Assembly (NCBI GenBank): GCA_050246755.1
Contig: JBFWVL010000006.1
Coordinates: 32,001 to 96,000 of the forward strand
Length of the DNA: 64,000 nt
Direction: 5' to 3'
From: Bacteriovoracia bacterium
Lineage (GTDB): Bacteria > Bdellovibrionota > UBA1018 > CAIPTA01
Positions 37,811 to 47,054 of this stretch are shown here, piece by piece. The number at the start of each line of letters is the position of its first letter. Within the stretch, counting starts at the first letter, position 1. Below the pieces are notes generated by a model. The model saw only the letters and a program-made list of their open reading frames with translations, made no database searches and had not been told where the DNA came from. The translations under genes and the position numbers were made by a program.

Positions 37811-37855
37811 CTTAGATTTTTACCAGAAGAGCTGGATTAGCGGTGCAAATTCCGC

Positions 37856-39232
37856 TTAAGAAAACGTCATTTTCGCAATGGCCGATTTGCGGAATCGGAA
37901 AATGGTTCGTACGTCATTTTTCACCAGTAAAGCGTGCCCCAAATCGCCAAGCACGCCGAAAGGGAGCTGGTAGACGACACGGTCGGTCATGAGCGTTCCG
38001 CCGGCAACTTTTTCAAAGCGGTGGGTATGGTGCCAGTCCCGGTAAGGGCCTTTTAATTGGCGGTCTACGAAATATTCTTGGGGTTGCCATTTTTCGATTC
38101 TCGTACGCCAGCGCACGGGCAATCCCTTGATCAGAAGCTTATAGTCGATAAGCGAGCCTTCCTCGATCGCGGCGGTGGACATTTTCTGAATGCGGAAGCG
38201 GAGCCAAGGGGGCGTGATCGTCTCGAGATTTTTCGCCGCGGCAAAGAAGGGGAAAACTTTTTCTCGTTCCTGGGGAAGCCAAATGGCGGCTTCGAATACG
38301 TACCCGCCTATTTTCCCAAGCGGCGCCAGAATATCGGCGAGGGCCGCGGGCAGGGCGGGAAAGCGAAATGTAAATCCAAGTTTTTGGGCGGCGTCGGGCA
38401 GGGCGCGCTGCGATCCCAGGACCACTACTCCCATTTCACCCAGCGCGAGTTTGAGGACGAAGGCGGGCACTGGAAATAGGGCGGGCCGATGCAGGATTTT
38501 CGCCAAAACTTTCGTGAGCTCGGAATTCGTGACGGGATTTGGCGCCACCGCATTCAGTGGTCCCCGCACTTTTTCATTTTCCAGCGCAAAGACATAAAGT
38601 TGCACGAGGTCCTCGAGATGAATCCAGCTAATCCATTGGCGCCCGCTGCCGATCTTTCCGCCAACACCGAAGCGGAAGGGCGGCAGCATTTTCTCCAAAG
38701 CACCGCCGTTCAGGCCCCAAACCACCCCGGTGCGTAGAATCACGATGCGCTCCGCGGAGCAGGCGTACGCTTTCTCCCAATCGAGGCAAACAGTGGCGAG
38801 GAAATCGGTTCCCGGCTGGCTGCTTTCCGTAAGCAGCTCGTCGTTGCGGTCTCCGTAATAGCCGGTGGCGGAGGCGCCTAGCAGAACTTTAGGTTTTACT
38901 TTCGTGCGGTCGATGGCTTCGGCGAGGCGGGCCGTGCTTACGCTGCGGGAATCGTGGATGGCTTGCTTAGTGGCCTCATCCCAGCGGTGGGCCGCCACCG
39001 ATTCTCCGGCCAAATGAATCACCGCGTGCGCGCCCTCCATGATTTCGTCGGGGAGCGGGCTCGCGCCGTCCCACTTTACGAATTGGTAAGGAAGCGCGAT
39101 TTTTTCCGACCCGCGTTTCGGATCGCGGGTAAGCAGGGTGAGGGAATATCCTAAGCGGAAGAGCTCAAGGCAGAGTTTTTCGCCCACGAAGCCAGTGCCG
39201 CCGGTGACCACGATTCTTTTCATACGTTTCAC
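37856..39232 (-). CDS. TIGR01777/YfcH epimerase fused to an SRPBCC domain
   Basis: TGGTGFVG, HLAGESVA, SGRQWISWIH, NAVAP; C-terminal FVDRQLKGPYRDWHHTH. Confidence 0.9.
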   Translation of the reverse strand: MKRMKRIVVTGGTGFVGEKLCLELFRLGYSLTLLTRDPKRGSEKIALPYQFVKWDGASPLPDEIMEGAHAVIHLAGESVAAHRWDEATKQAIHDSRSVSTARLAEAIDRTKVKPKVLLGASATGYYGDRNDELLTESSQPGTDFLATVCLDWEKAYACSAERIVILRTGVVWGLNGGALEKMLPPFRFGVGGKIGSGRQWISWIHLEDLVQLYVFALENEKVRGPLNAVAPNPVTNSELTKVLAKILHRPALFPVPAFVLKLALGEMGVVVLGSQRALPDAAQKLGFTFRFPALPAALADILAPLGKIGGYVFEAAIWLPQEREKVFPFFAAAKNLETITPPWLRFRIQKMSTAAIEEGSLIDYKLLIKGLPVRWRTRIEKWQPQEYFVDRQLKGPYRDWHHTHRFEKVAGGTLMTDRVVYQLPFGVLGDLGHALLVKNDVRTIFRFRKSAIAKMTFS

Positions 39233-39246
39233 TCTATCCTAAAAGC

Positions 39247-41733
39247 CTAGTAAGTGCGCGGCCGGCCTTTTGCCTGTGGCGCCGCGGTTAGGGGATCGTC
39301 CGGCCAGCTGTGTTTGGGATAACGTGCCCGCATCTCTTTGCGCACCTCGGGATAGCCATTCTTCCAGAAGCTCGCTAGATCGCGCGTTACCTGTACGGGC
39401 CGATAGTTGGGCGCGAGCAGTACCAGCGTCAGCGGCTGGCCGCCTACCAAGGGTGCCGCTTTTAGGCCAAAAAGCTCTTGGAGCCGCACTTCCAGCTGGG
39501 GGCCCTGTTCTTCGGAATATTTGATGGGCAGGCGGTTGCCGGTGGGGACCACGAGGTGGGAGGGACACTCTCTCGCCAAGGCTTCTTTCTGCGCCTCAGG
39601 CAAAAGGTTCTCAAAAAATGGCACTAACTCTTTTGCGGAAACGCCCGCGAGCGAGCTTTCTCCGTAACTGGCTTGTTCGAGGGCTTCCCGAATTTGCTCT
39701 TCGCTCGGTAAGGCCCATTTCGCATCCATTCTATTCAAGTAACGCAGCCGTGAAAACCAAAGCGCGAGAGTTTCGTTGGCGGCGAGCAGACGGTCCCAGC
39801 GGGTAAAAAGCACGCCCCCGAGCTGTCCTTCGATCTCGGGAGCATTGGCCGGGCGCCGGTGTTCCCCCGCGATGGATAAACCATTCCATTCCTTGGTTTC
39901 TGTAACCCAAAAACGCTGCTTCTCTTCGTCCCATTCAAGGTGAGAAGTGGGGGTGGCAAGCGGCAATATTTTTTCTTGGATCAAAGATTCGGGAATGCCG
40001 ACCGCCTGGAACACGAGGGTCTCCGCGGCGTCGCGTCCTTCGGAGAGATCGATCGCGACGAAAAACTCGGACGATTTTACCGTAGAGTCAGGATGGATTT
40101 TGACTCCACGGCCCCCGGCCATTTTTGCTTGGGCCTCGTGGGCGCGGCGGCGGCGGCAGAGGCGGTCGGTATAGGCTTCGAGCATGAGCGCGGGCATTTC
40201 GTGCTCGAGGTCTGCTCTCGATTTTGGGGTTTCACTGGGGTCCCTCAATAGTGTGCGTAGCTGCTCGGCGGAACGAGCCACGTTTCGGTTTCGCGGATTT
40301 GAGGGATTGCGTTTCCAGTCTTCCCAGCGCAGCCAAAGGTCGTTCTCGGCGTCTTGGTAGGAATCCGGCAGGCGCCCGCTTGGCTCGGAAAGCAAAGCGG
40401 CGAGGTCCGCGGCGAAACCGCCCATGCCGCGATTTTTTCCGAGGAGCAATAGCTTGGCGAGCCGGGGATGCACGGGCAGTTCGCGGAGAGCCTGGCCAAT
40501 TTCCGTGAGCGTGCCGTTCGGATTTACCGCGCCGATCGACTGCAAAAACTGTTTGGCCTGCTCGAGCGAGCGGGCGGGCGGAGGTTCGAACCAACTGAAG
40601 CTCTCGAAGTTCGTCACGCCGAGGGCGGAGAGAAGGAGCAGGCTTTCGGAAAGATCCGTGCGGAATACTTCGGCGGGCTCAAAATCCTTCATGGATAGTT
40701 CGTCGTAGGGCATCCAGGCGCGGTAAACTGTTCCGGGCCCCAGCCGCGCGGCGCGGCCGGCCCTCTGGGTAGCCGAAGCCTTGGAGGCGCGCACTAGGTC
40801 CAGCGACTCAAATCCCGTGCGGGGATGGAGCTGAGAAATTCTGGCGAGTCCGCAGTCCACCACGATGCGCACTCCCTGCACCGTAAGCGAGCTTTCAGCC
40901 ACGTTGGTGGCTAAGATAACTTTACGCGTACCGGGAATGGTTTGCAGCGCCGCTTTTTGTTCCTGCAGATCGAGACTGCCGTGGAGAGTGAAGAGCGCCA
41001 CGCCCTTCGCGCCGGCCCAATCGCCGAGCTCGCCGCGCAGCCTTTCGATCTCTCCTCGCCCTGGCAGGAAGCAGAGTAAATCGCCCTCGCGGTTTTCGGC
41101 CATGGCCTTTTGCACCAGCTTGCGCATTCGCTCGGTGAAATCGGGGCCGGTGCGGATGAGCTGGGATTTCTCGTCGTAGCGAACTTCCAGGGGAAATAGC
41201 TGCCCCGGTACCTCGGCCACGGCCGCGTGTTCCAGGTAGTTCGCGAGCGGCGCGGCATTCAGCGTGGCGGACATCACCACGATCTTGAGATCGGGGCGAG
41301 AGAGTTCCTGGAGTTCTTTCAGTGCCGCGAGCGCGAGATCCACGTGCAGGCTGCGTTCGTGAAATTCGTCCAGTACCACGCAACCCACTTCCGAGAGCTC
41401 TGGGTCCTGGAGAAGTTTCCGCATCAAGAGGGCTTCGGTGAGGAATAATAAGCGTGTTTCGCGGGAGCTTTTATTGTCGAAGCGCACTTGGTAGCCCACT
41501 TCTTTGCCGAGCTTCCAGCCATTTTCTTCGGCGATGCGCTGGCTGGCGGCGATGGCGGCGATGCGGCGGGGCTCGAGCACCCAGACGGATTTATGCGTGA
41601 GCTTGAGGAGCTCCGGTGGAAGACGGGTGGTTTTTCCGGCTCCGGGCGCGGCGCTGAGCACGAGAGATTTTTTCTTCGCGAGCATCTCGAGAATCCCGGG
41701 AATCTCAGCATCGATCGGCAGGGCCGTTTTCAT
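39247..41733 (-). CDS. hrpB: ATP-dependent helicase HrpB
   Basis: APGAGKTT, DEFHERS, SAT, QRAGRAAR, C-terminal RYPKHSWPDDP. Confidence 0.95.
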   Translation of the reverse strand: MKTALPIDAEIPGILEMLAKKKSLVLSAAPGAGKTTRLPPELLKLTHKSVWVLEPRRIAAIAASQRIAEENGWKLGKEVGYQVRFDNKSSRETRLLFLTEALLMRKLLQDPELSEVGCVVLDEFHERSLHVDLALAALKELQELSRPDLKIVVMSATLNAAPLANYLEHAAVAEVPGQLFPLEVRYDEKSQLIRTGPDFTERMRKLVQKAMAENREGDLLCFLPGRGEIERLRGELGDWAGAKGVALFTLHGSLDLQEQKAALQTIPGTRKVILATNVAESSLTVQGVRIVVDCGLARISQLHPRTGFESLDLVRASKASATQRAGRAARLGPGTVYRAWMPYDELSMKDFEPAEVFRTDLSESLLLLSALGVTNFESFSWFEPPPARSLEQAKQFLQSIGAVNPNGTLTEIGQALRELPVHPRLAKLLLLGKNRGMGGFAADLAALLSEPSGRLPDSYQDAENDLWLRWEDWKRNPSNPRNRNVARSAEQLRTLLRDPSETPKSRADLEHEMPALMLEAYTDRLCRRRRAHEAQAKMAGGRGVKIHPDSTVKSSEFFVAIDLSEGRDAAETLVFQAVGIPESLIQEKILPLATPTSHLEWDEEKQRFWVTETKEWNGLSIAGEHRRPANAPEIEGQLGGVLFTRWDRLLAANETLALWFSRLRYLNRMDAKWALPSEEQIREALEQASYGESSLAGVSAKELVPFFENLLPEAQKEALARECPSHLVVPTGNRLPIKYSEEQGPQLEVRLQELFGLKAAPLVGGQPLTLVLLAPNYRPVQVTRDLASFWKNGYPEVRKEMRARYPKHSWPDDPLTAAPQAKGRPRTY

Positions 41734-41741
41734 GGATCTCC

Positions 41742-42260
41742 CTAGCGGTACCCGAGAAGAAAACGAACCACCGCGCCAGAGCCATCGCGTTCCGCGGCGA
41801 TCACGAAGCGGCCATTGGCCGAGCGGAAAATTTCTCCGGAAGGCATGGAAACAAACGTTTGGGCCATACGGGAGGCCTCGGCGGAGTCGGTGAGATCGTA
41901 CGTCACCGTTTTATTGGGAAGATCGATCATCATGGCGGCGGCGGCATGAAGCACCACCGTGCAGGTCCCGCTGCCATGAACGATTTTAGAGAAAACGCAG
42001 ACGACGCTGAAGGCCTTTACGCCCTGTTTATCCACGAAGGCCGCTTTTTTGGTCCACTTTCCCTGTTCGTCTTGCTGGCCTACGGCCAAGATTTCAAAAA
42101 GCCTCTGGGTATCAGAGTCGCCGCCACCGATGCCCGAGAGCATGAGGGTGGCTTGGTTGCCTTCGCGGTTAAAGATTGGGTAGATCCCGGCCTCGGCGGC
42201 GAGGGACGCGAACACGGCGCAGAAAATGAGGAGCAAATTAGCCATATAATTTCGTAACAT
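41742..42260 (-). CDS. Secreted hypothetical protein
   Basis: Signal peptide ending AEA; start may be 42245. Confidence 0.65.
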   Translation of the reverse strand: MLRNYMANLLLIFCAVFASLAAEAGIYPIFNREGNQATLMLSGIGGGDSDTQRLFEILAVGQQDEQGKWTKKAAFVDKQGVKAFSVVCVFSKIVHGSGTCTVVLHAAAAMMIDLPNKTVTYDLTDSAEASRMAQTFVSMPSGEIFRSANGRFVIAAERDGSGAVVRFLLGYR

Positions 42261-42332
42261 TTATTTGGGAGAGGGTCGAATTTAACGCGCTCCGTCCCGC
42301 GGCGTCGTGGTTTCGCTAAGAATGGTTAAATT

Positions 42333-42785
42333 TCAGCGGCACTTTTTGCAGATGCCCAGCAGCTCGAAGCGGTGCGACGTAACCAAGAATCCCATTTCTT
42401 TGGCTTTTGCGATCATCGGGTCGATGCCGCAAAAATCGATGGGCGAGGCGGTTTGGCAGCTCGTGCAAAACACGTGGTGGTGATGGTGGGCCGAGGATTC
42501 CAAGCAAAAGTGGGTGGCGCCGGTGCCGAACTCGGTGGCTTGCAGCACACCGTCCTCCGAGAGGGTTTTCAGATTGCGGAAGACGGTAGCGCGGTCAAAG
42601 GCGAGTTTTTTGTATTTTTTTTTCTTCAGGCCGGCAAAAATTTGCTGGGCGTTTTGCGGTTGCTCGGCATGGAGCAAATACCGAACCAAAGCGAGCCGGA
42701 ACTCTGTTTTTTTGAGTCCGTGTTTCTCTAAAAGCGCGCCGGCCCCGAGTAAATGCTCATGGGAGTGATCGTGCTTTGCTTTCAT
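42333..42785 (-). CDS. zur: Fur-family regulator, probably Zur
   Basis: DRATVFRNL, HHHHVFCTSC, CKKC; lies in a zinc uptake operon. Confidence 0.8.
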   Translation of the reverse strand: MKAKHDHSHEHLLGAGALLEKHGLKKTEFRLALVRYLLHAEQPQNAQQIFAGLKKKKYKKLAFDRATVFRNLKTLSEDGVLQATEFGTGATHFCLESSAHHHHHVFCTSCQTASPIDFCGIDPMIAKAKEMGFLVTSHRFELLGICKKCR

Positions 42786-43569
42786 AGAGAATCTTTACCA
42801 GCAGCGCCAAGAAAAAACTAGCCGTAAGGGTTACCACCACGCTCGCCCCCGCGGGCAGATCGAGGCGGTAGGAGAGCAGAAAGGCTACCAGAATTTCGGA
42901 TACGCCGATGGCCCAGGCGAGCAGTAGCTGCGCTCGTAAGCCTTGCACCAGGCGGCAGGCGAGGGCCGCAGGAACCACGAGGATCGAGAATACCACCAGC
43001 ACGCCGGCGTGGGCGGTGGAAAAAGTGATCACGATGCCGAACAGTAAATAAAAAAGGAAATCCCATACCAGCGAGGTTAGCTCGCCGCGAGAGCAGGCCC
43101 AGAATTGCTTTCGGAATAGGTAGTGAATCGCACCCACCACCGAATATACGGCGAGCGTTTCCAGCACTTTCGGCCAAGTGACGAAGAGAATATTTCCCAC
43201 GAGCGCCTCTTTGAGGTGCTCGGTGCCATGGGGCAAGCGATCCGCCACGAGAATGAGGGCGCCGCTGGCGAGGGCGTAGGTAATGCCGATGAGAACTTCC
43301 TGCGATATTTTCCTTTCGTAGTGCCGCAGCAAAGCGAGCAGGAAGGCCACGAAGAGGCAGAGAAAGAGAGAGCAGAGTAAATGCGCGGGACCGCCTTCTT
43401 CCGGCGTCAGGTAGAGGCTGAGCGTGCCACCGAGGGCGGCCACTTGAGCGAGACTGATGTCCACGAAAATCACGCCGCGCTCGAGCACGTGGAGGCCCAA
43501 GTAGGAATGGATGGCTACGAGCAATACGGCGAGCGCAATCGGCGCGGCGAGAAAGGAAAGAGTTTCCAC
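42757..43569 (-). CDS. znuB: Metal (Zn/Mn) ABC permease
   Basis: GLHVLERGVIFVDISLAQ, GVLVVFSILVVPA. Confidence 0.85.
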   Translation of the reverse strand: METLSFLAAPIALAVLLVAIHSYLGLHVLERGVIFVDISLAQVAALGGTLSLYLTPEEGGPAHLLCSLFLCLFVAFLLALLRHYERKISQEVLIGITYALASGALILVADRLPHGTEHLKEALVGNILFVTWPKVLETLAVYSVVGAIHYLFRKQFWACSRGELTSLVWDFLFYLLFGIVITFSTAHAGVLVVFSILVVPAALACRLVQGLRAQLLLAWAIGVSEILVAFLLSYRLDLPAGASVVVTLTASFFLALLVKILYESKARSLP

Positions 43570-44465
43570 TATTTCGCCGCCTCAACCGCTTGCACCAAGC
43601 GCTCCACAAGTTCTTCCGTGCTGTGGATGGAAGGTTCCCCGCCCACGGACACGGGAACGCGCGCGATATGTGCGTCCGGTACGCTAAGCTTGATTTTTTC
43701 GCCCGCGGCCGAGTCGAAAAAATTCTCGATCAGCACGAGGCGGATTTTCTTCGCTTTCATCCCGGCGATCACCTCGAGGAGGTGGGAAGCGGTGGGCGGG
43801 ATGCCTGGTTTTGGTTCCAGCTGGTAGGAGTTTTTGATTCCGAAGCGTTCAAAAAAGTAGGAGAGCGTTTTGTGGTAGCTAACTGCTTCTTTGATCCCGG
43901 TTTTCGCGAGGCGTGCTTGCCAGGATTTGGTTTTGTCTTCGAGCTGCTTTTGCCAGGCGGCGGCATTCTTTCGGTAGAACTCTGCGTGAACACCATCCAG
44001 CTCTGCCAGGCGCTCGGCCACTATGACCGCGGCTTTTCCCATACGAACGGGATCCACCTGGAAGTGAGGATTTCCCCCTGGATGCACGTCGCCCTCAGCA
44101 CGCGAAACCGTGCCGGTGGGCTTCTCGATCGGATCGAGGGATGGGCCAAGTTCGAGAAAGCCTTTGCTTCCCGGGTTCACGCCGGGATTACGTGCCCCAC
44201 GGATGAGGGGGAGCAGCCACGCGGTTTCGAGCTCGAGGCCTTGCGCTACCACGAGGTTTGCGTTCCTTACTTGCACCATGAACGAAGGTTTCGCTTCGAT
44301 CTCGTGCGGATCCTGGGTTCCCTTCGCAATCGAGGTAGCCGCTACTTCCTGGCCGCCCACCACGGAAACGAGCGCCGCCAGATCGGTGGTGGTCGTGACC
44401 ACCGTTACTTTTGCTTCGGCAGGAGTAACTAGCGCCAGAAATACGAGAAAGAAAATTTTTTTCAT
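43569..44465 (-). CDS. znuA: Metal ABC substrate-binding protein
   Basis: QDPH, GLELE, GDVHPGGNPH, YHK. Confidence 0.85.
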   Translation of the reverse strand: MKKIFFLVFLALVTPAEAKVTVVTTTTDLAALVSVVGGQEVAATSIAKGTQDPHEIEAKPSFMVQVRNANLVVAQGLELETAWLLPLIRGARNPGVNPGSKGFLELGPSLDPIEKPTGTVSRAEGDVHPGGNPHFQVDPVRMGKAAVIVAERLAELDGVHAEFYRKNAAAWQKQLEDKTKSWQARLAKTGIKEAVSYHKTLSYFFERFGIKNSYQLEPKPGIPPTASHLLEVIAGMKAKKIRLVLIENFFDSAAGEKIKLSVPDAHIARVPVSVGGEPSIHSTEELVERLVQAVEAAK

Positions 44466-44476
44466 GGGTTCTCTTT

Positions 44477-45592
44477 TCAATAGGAATGCGAAGGATGCGC
44501 GCCGATCGTGAAATTAGCCTGCACCAAAAATTTTCTTTCTTTGCGGTTTCCCTGCGCGTTGGGGGGAGTGATCGCGTGATCGTACTCCGCCCGGAAAGAA
44601 GAAAACTCACTCGGGCTGAAGCTGAGCCCGGTGGAATATTTATCGGTAATGCCATTGGTGAGGGCGCTCGAATTTACGGCGGAGTCGGAATCTTCCACGC
44701 GCAAATGGTCGTAGCGGGCCACGGCCGCCCAGCGCTTCGCGAATTGGAACTGCACCCAAACGTTTCCGCCATTGGCCCTCTCGTTTTTAAGCGCGCCCGG
44801 CTGATCGAGCTTTCTTTGCAGGAATTCGCCGGCGAAGATCCAGGAATGGTATTTTCCGCCTTCTACAGGGCGCCATTTGAAGGTGAGGTCGGCGCCGAGC
44901 AATTTCGTTTTCGTGCGTAAATAGTTATTTCCTTCCGCATAGCTTCCACCCACTTCAGCGGTGAGCGAATCCGAGAGGTCCCAGAGGTTTTTCCAGTGGC
45001 CCACGCCTGCGCCATCGTCGGGGGTGGGAGATTTGAATTCGGTATTTTCTCCTGCTCCGCGGAAGAATTGGCCGGTGATTTCGCTATACCAAGAGAAAGG
45101 TAAAAGTACGGCGGCGGAGGCGCCCACGTCGTTCAGTCCTTCTTCGCCGAGGAGGGCGGTATTAGCCACCGGTGCTTCCACCAATGGGAATACGTGAGTG
45201 TGCAGGGTATTGTGCTTGCCGAAGGCCGCTTTAAATTTTCCCACCCGCAGGGTGGTATAGGGCACGTGGTTGCTTTCGGCGAAGAGCTCTTCTGGCTCGA
45301 CCTTCCAGGCTTGGTCCACCACGCCGGAGCTATTGAGAGTGTATTCCGGATGGATCGATAGCAGCATGGTAAGGCTGCTATAGGGGTCTACGTCGGAAAA
45401 AAAAGCGAGTTCGGCTTCTTGGAGATCGATCCCGTTCCGGGTCGTATTTGTTCCTTCCCGGCCCAAATTAGAGTGGCGATAGAGGAATAGCGTATTGGCG
45501 CTCACGTTCGGCGAATTTAGGGAGGACGGCTCCTGGGCAAAACTAATTTGGGTAAACGCTAGGGCCGCGGCGGCGAGTAGGAAAGGCTTCAT
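44477..45592 (-). CDS. Zinc-regulated outer-membrane beta-barrel protein
   Basis: Signal peptide; EAEL...VDPY, FGKHNTLHTH, C-terminal IGAHPSHSY. Confidence 0.75.
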   Translation of the reverse strand: MKPFLLAAAALAFTQISFAQEPSSLNSPNVSANTLFLYRHSNLGREGTNTTRNGIDLQEAELAFFSDVDPYSSLTMLLSIHPEYTLNSSGVVDQAWKVEPEELFAESNHVPYTTLRVGKFKAAFGKHNTLHTHVFPLVEAPVANTALLGEEGLNDVGASAAVLLPFSWYSEITGQFFRGAGENTEFKSPTPDDGAGVGHWKNLWDLSDSLTAEVGGSYAEGNNYLRTKTKLLGADLTFKWRPVEGGKYHSWIFAGEFLQRKLDQPGALKNERANGGNVWVQFQFAKRWAAVARYDHLRVEDSDSAVNSSALTNGITDKYSTGLSFSPSEFSSFRAEYDHAITPPNAQGNRKERKFLVQANFTIGAHPSHSY

Positions 45593-45611
45593 CTGCACCT
45601 CGAAAGTTGAT

Positions 45612-45630
45612 AATGCAACTTAGTCGCATT
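45612..45630. promoter_or_regulatory. Probable Zur box
   Basis: Near-perfect palindrome AATGCAACTTAGTCGCATT just upstream of the operon. Confidence 0.65.
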
Positions 45631-45678
45631 TGAGTTTTCCGAAAGCAAGCAGAAATTTCCGTGCCACCGCGTCAATGG

Positions 45679-45891
45679 CTAGGCGGCTCGGGAGCCGTTG
45701 CGATTTTCCGGTTTCTGTTCGCCAGCGTGAATGGGCTCGTGCGGCGCAGGCTCTTCCAGTTTTTCTTCGTGAGGCGCGCCGGGGCGCTGGTTTTTGGGAT
45801 CGTAGCTAGCTTGGCGCCAGTCATCATGTTCGGTCATTCCCTCGGGGCCGAAATAGTAGTCGTGATGGTATTTTTTTGGACGTGGTGTCAT
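45679..45891 (-). CDS. Small hydrophilic hypothetical protein
   Basis: GGGAGG RBS before ATG 45891. Confidence 0.45.
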   Translation of the reverse strand: MTPRPKKYHHDYYFGPEGMTEHDDWRQASYDPKNQRPGAPHEEKLEEPAPHEPIHAGEQKPENRNGSRAA

Positions 45892-45933
45892 CGGAAGCCT
45901 CCCTGGCGAGGGAGGTAGCAAGATAGGGCCCAA

Positions 45934-46815
45934 CTAGGGCGAAACGGATGCGGCGGGTTGCCCGATCGGCACGATGGTAGGTGCCGGTGCGCCCGGTGGG
46001 CGAGGGCGAGGGCGAGGCATGGGAATGGGATGTTCTCCGTCGGCGGCAGGCATGGGGGAGGGGGGGACTCCGGGTTCTGCCAAGGTATTGGGCATCACCG
46101 AATCGGAAAGAGGAACTGGTCGAGGTGCTTCGGCAGGGCGCGGGCGCGGAAGAGGGATTTTGGGCTTTTCGGGGTCTGGGCATTTAGATATTTCGCCCTT
46201 AAAAACTTGGTCGCGCATAAATTCGTAGCCGGCGAGGCACTCGGCTTTCAAAAAGTTTGGCGCCGTAATATAGCCCGAAAAAACTTCGGCGAAAGTTTCG
46301 TTGAGGTCATTATTATGGGGCTGGCCATTGCGGCGATGAGTGCTATAGCCGTCGAAACCGCGGCAGGTGCGAAAAGCCGAGGCACGAAAAGCTTCGTACG
46401 CGGTTTTCCCCCGGATATCCATCGTGTGCCCAATCCAGTGGCCGATTTCGTGAGCCACCGTGCCGGTGCTTACCGGGCAGGCGTATAGAGTATTGTTTTG
46501 ATCGAGGCAGCCCATGGAATACAAGATTCGGTTTCCGCCAAACTGATTGCTGCCATGGTTGGCTACGACGTAACTGAATTTGAGGGGGTCGAGAAAACGG
46601 CGCGCATCCATTTTCATTTCGCGCAGGCGCTTTAGGACGGCATCCGTACGCTCTTTAGAGATCGCTTCCACGGCGCCCTTGCGGCCTTTCGGAAGTCCAA
46701 GGCAGAGGCCCTGCTCGGAGCTTGGGATATCTCCGATCATATGCACGTTGGAGCGCGCGTGAGCCAAGCTGGTCATAAGGCAGAGCGCGATGGTGAGAAA
46801 AGACAGTGCTTTCAT
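45934..46815 (-). CDS. Secreted zinc metallopeptidase with Pro-rich tail
   Basis: Signal peptide; HEIGH; NETFAE; PLPRPRP and PMPRPRPRPP repeats. Confidence 0.75.
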   Translation of the reverse strand: MKALSFLTIALCLMTSLAHARSNVHMIGDIPSSEQGLCLGLPKGRKGAVEAISKERTDAVLKRLREMKMDARRFLDPLKFSYVVANHGSNQFGGNRILYSMGCLDQNNTLYACPVSTGTVAHEIGHWIGHTMDIRGKTAYEAFRASAFRTCRGFDGYSTHRRNGQPHNNDLNETFAEVFSGYITAPNFLKAECLAGYEFMRDQVFKGEISKCPDPEKPKIPLPRPRPAEAPRPVPLSDSVMPNTLAEPGVPPSPMPAADGEHPIPMPRPRPRPPGAPAPTIVPIGQPAASVSP

Positions 46816-47054
46816 AGGGGACCAGCTAAATAGTATACTTAATTGGTCTGATATCCAATGAAAACCTATTAATAATTTCGTCAATTATATTAATGGGTTG
46901 GGGGACTGAAATCAGCCTTTCCCTGGGCGATCAGACTTTCGATTTCTATCGGGCCCGAGAGCCAGTATTATGAAGGCGCCTGAACAATCCATATTTAAAT
47001 TCGACTGATTCTTCGCCCAGCGAGGCCTGCGATTTTTTTGATTTCGTCCTCTGC

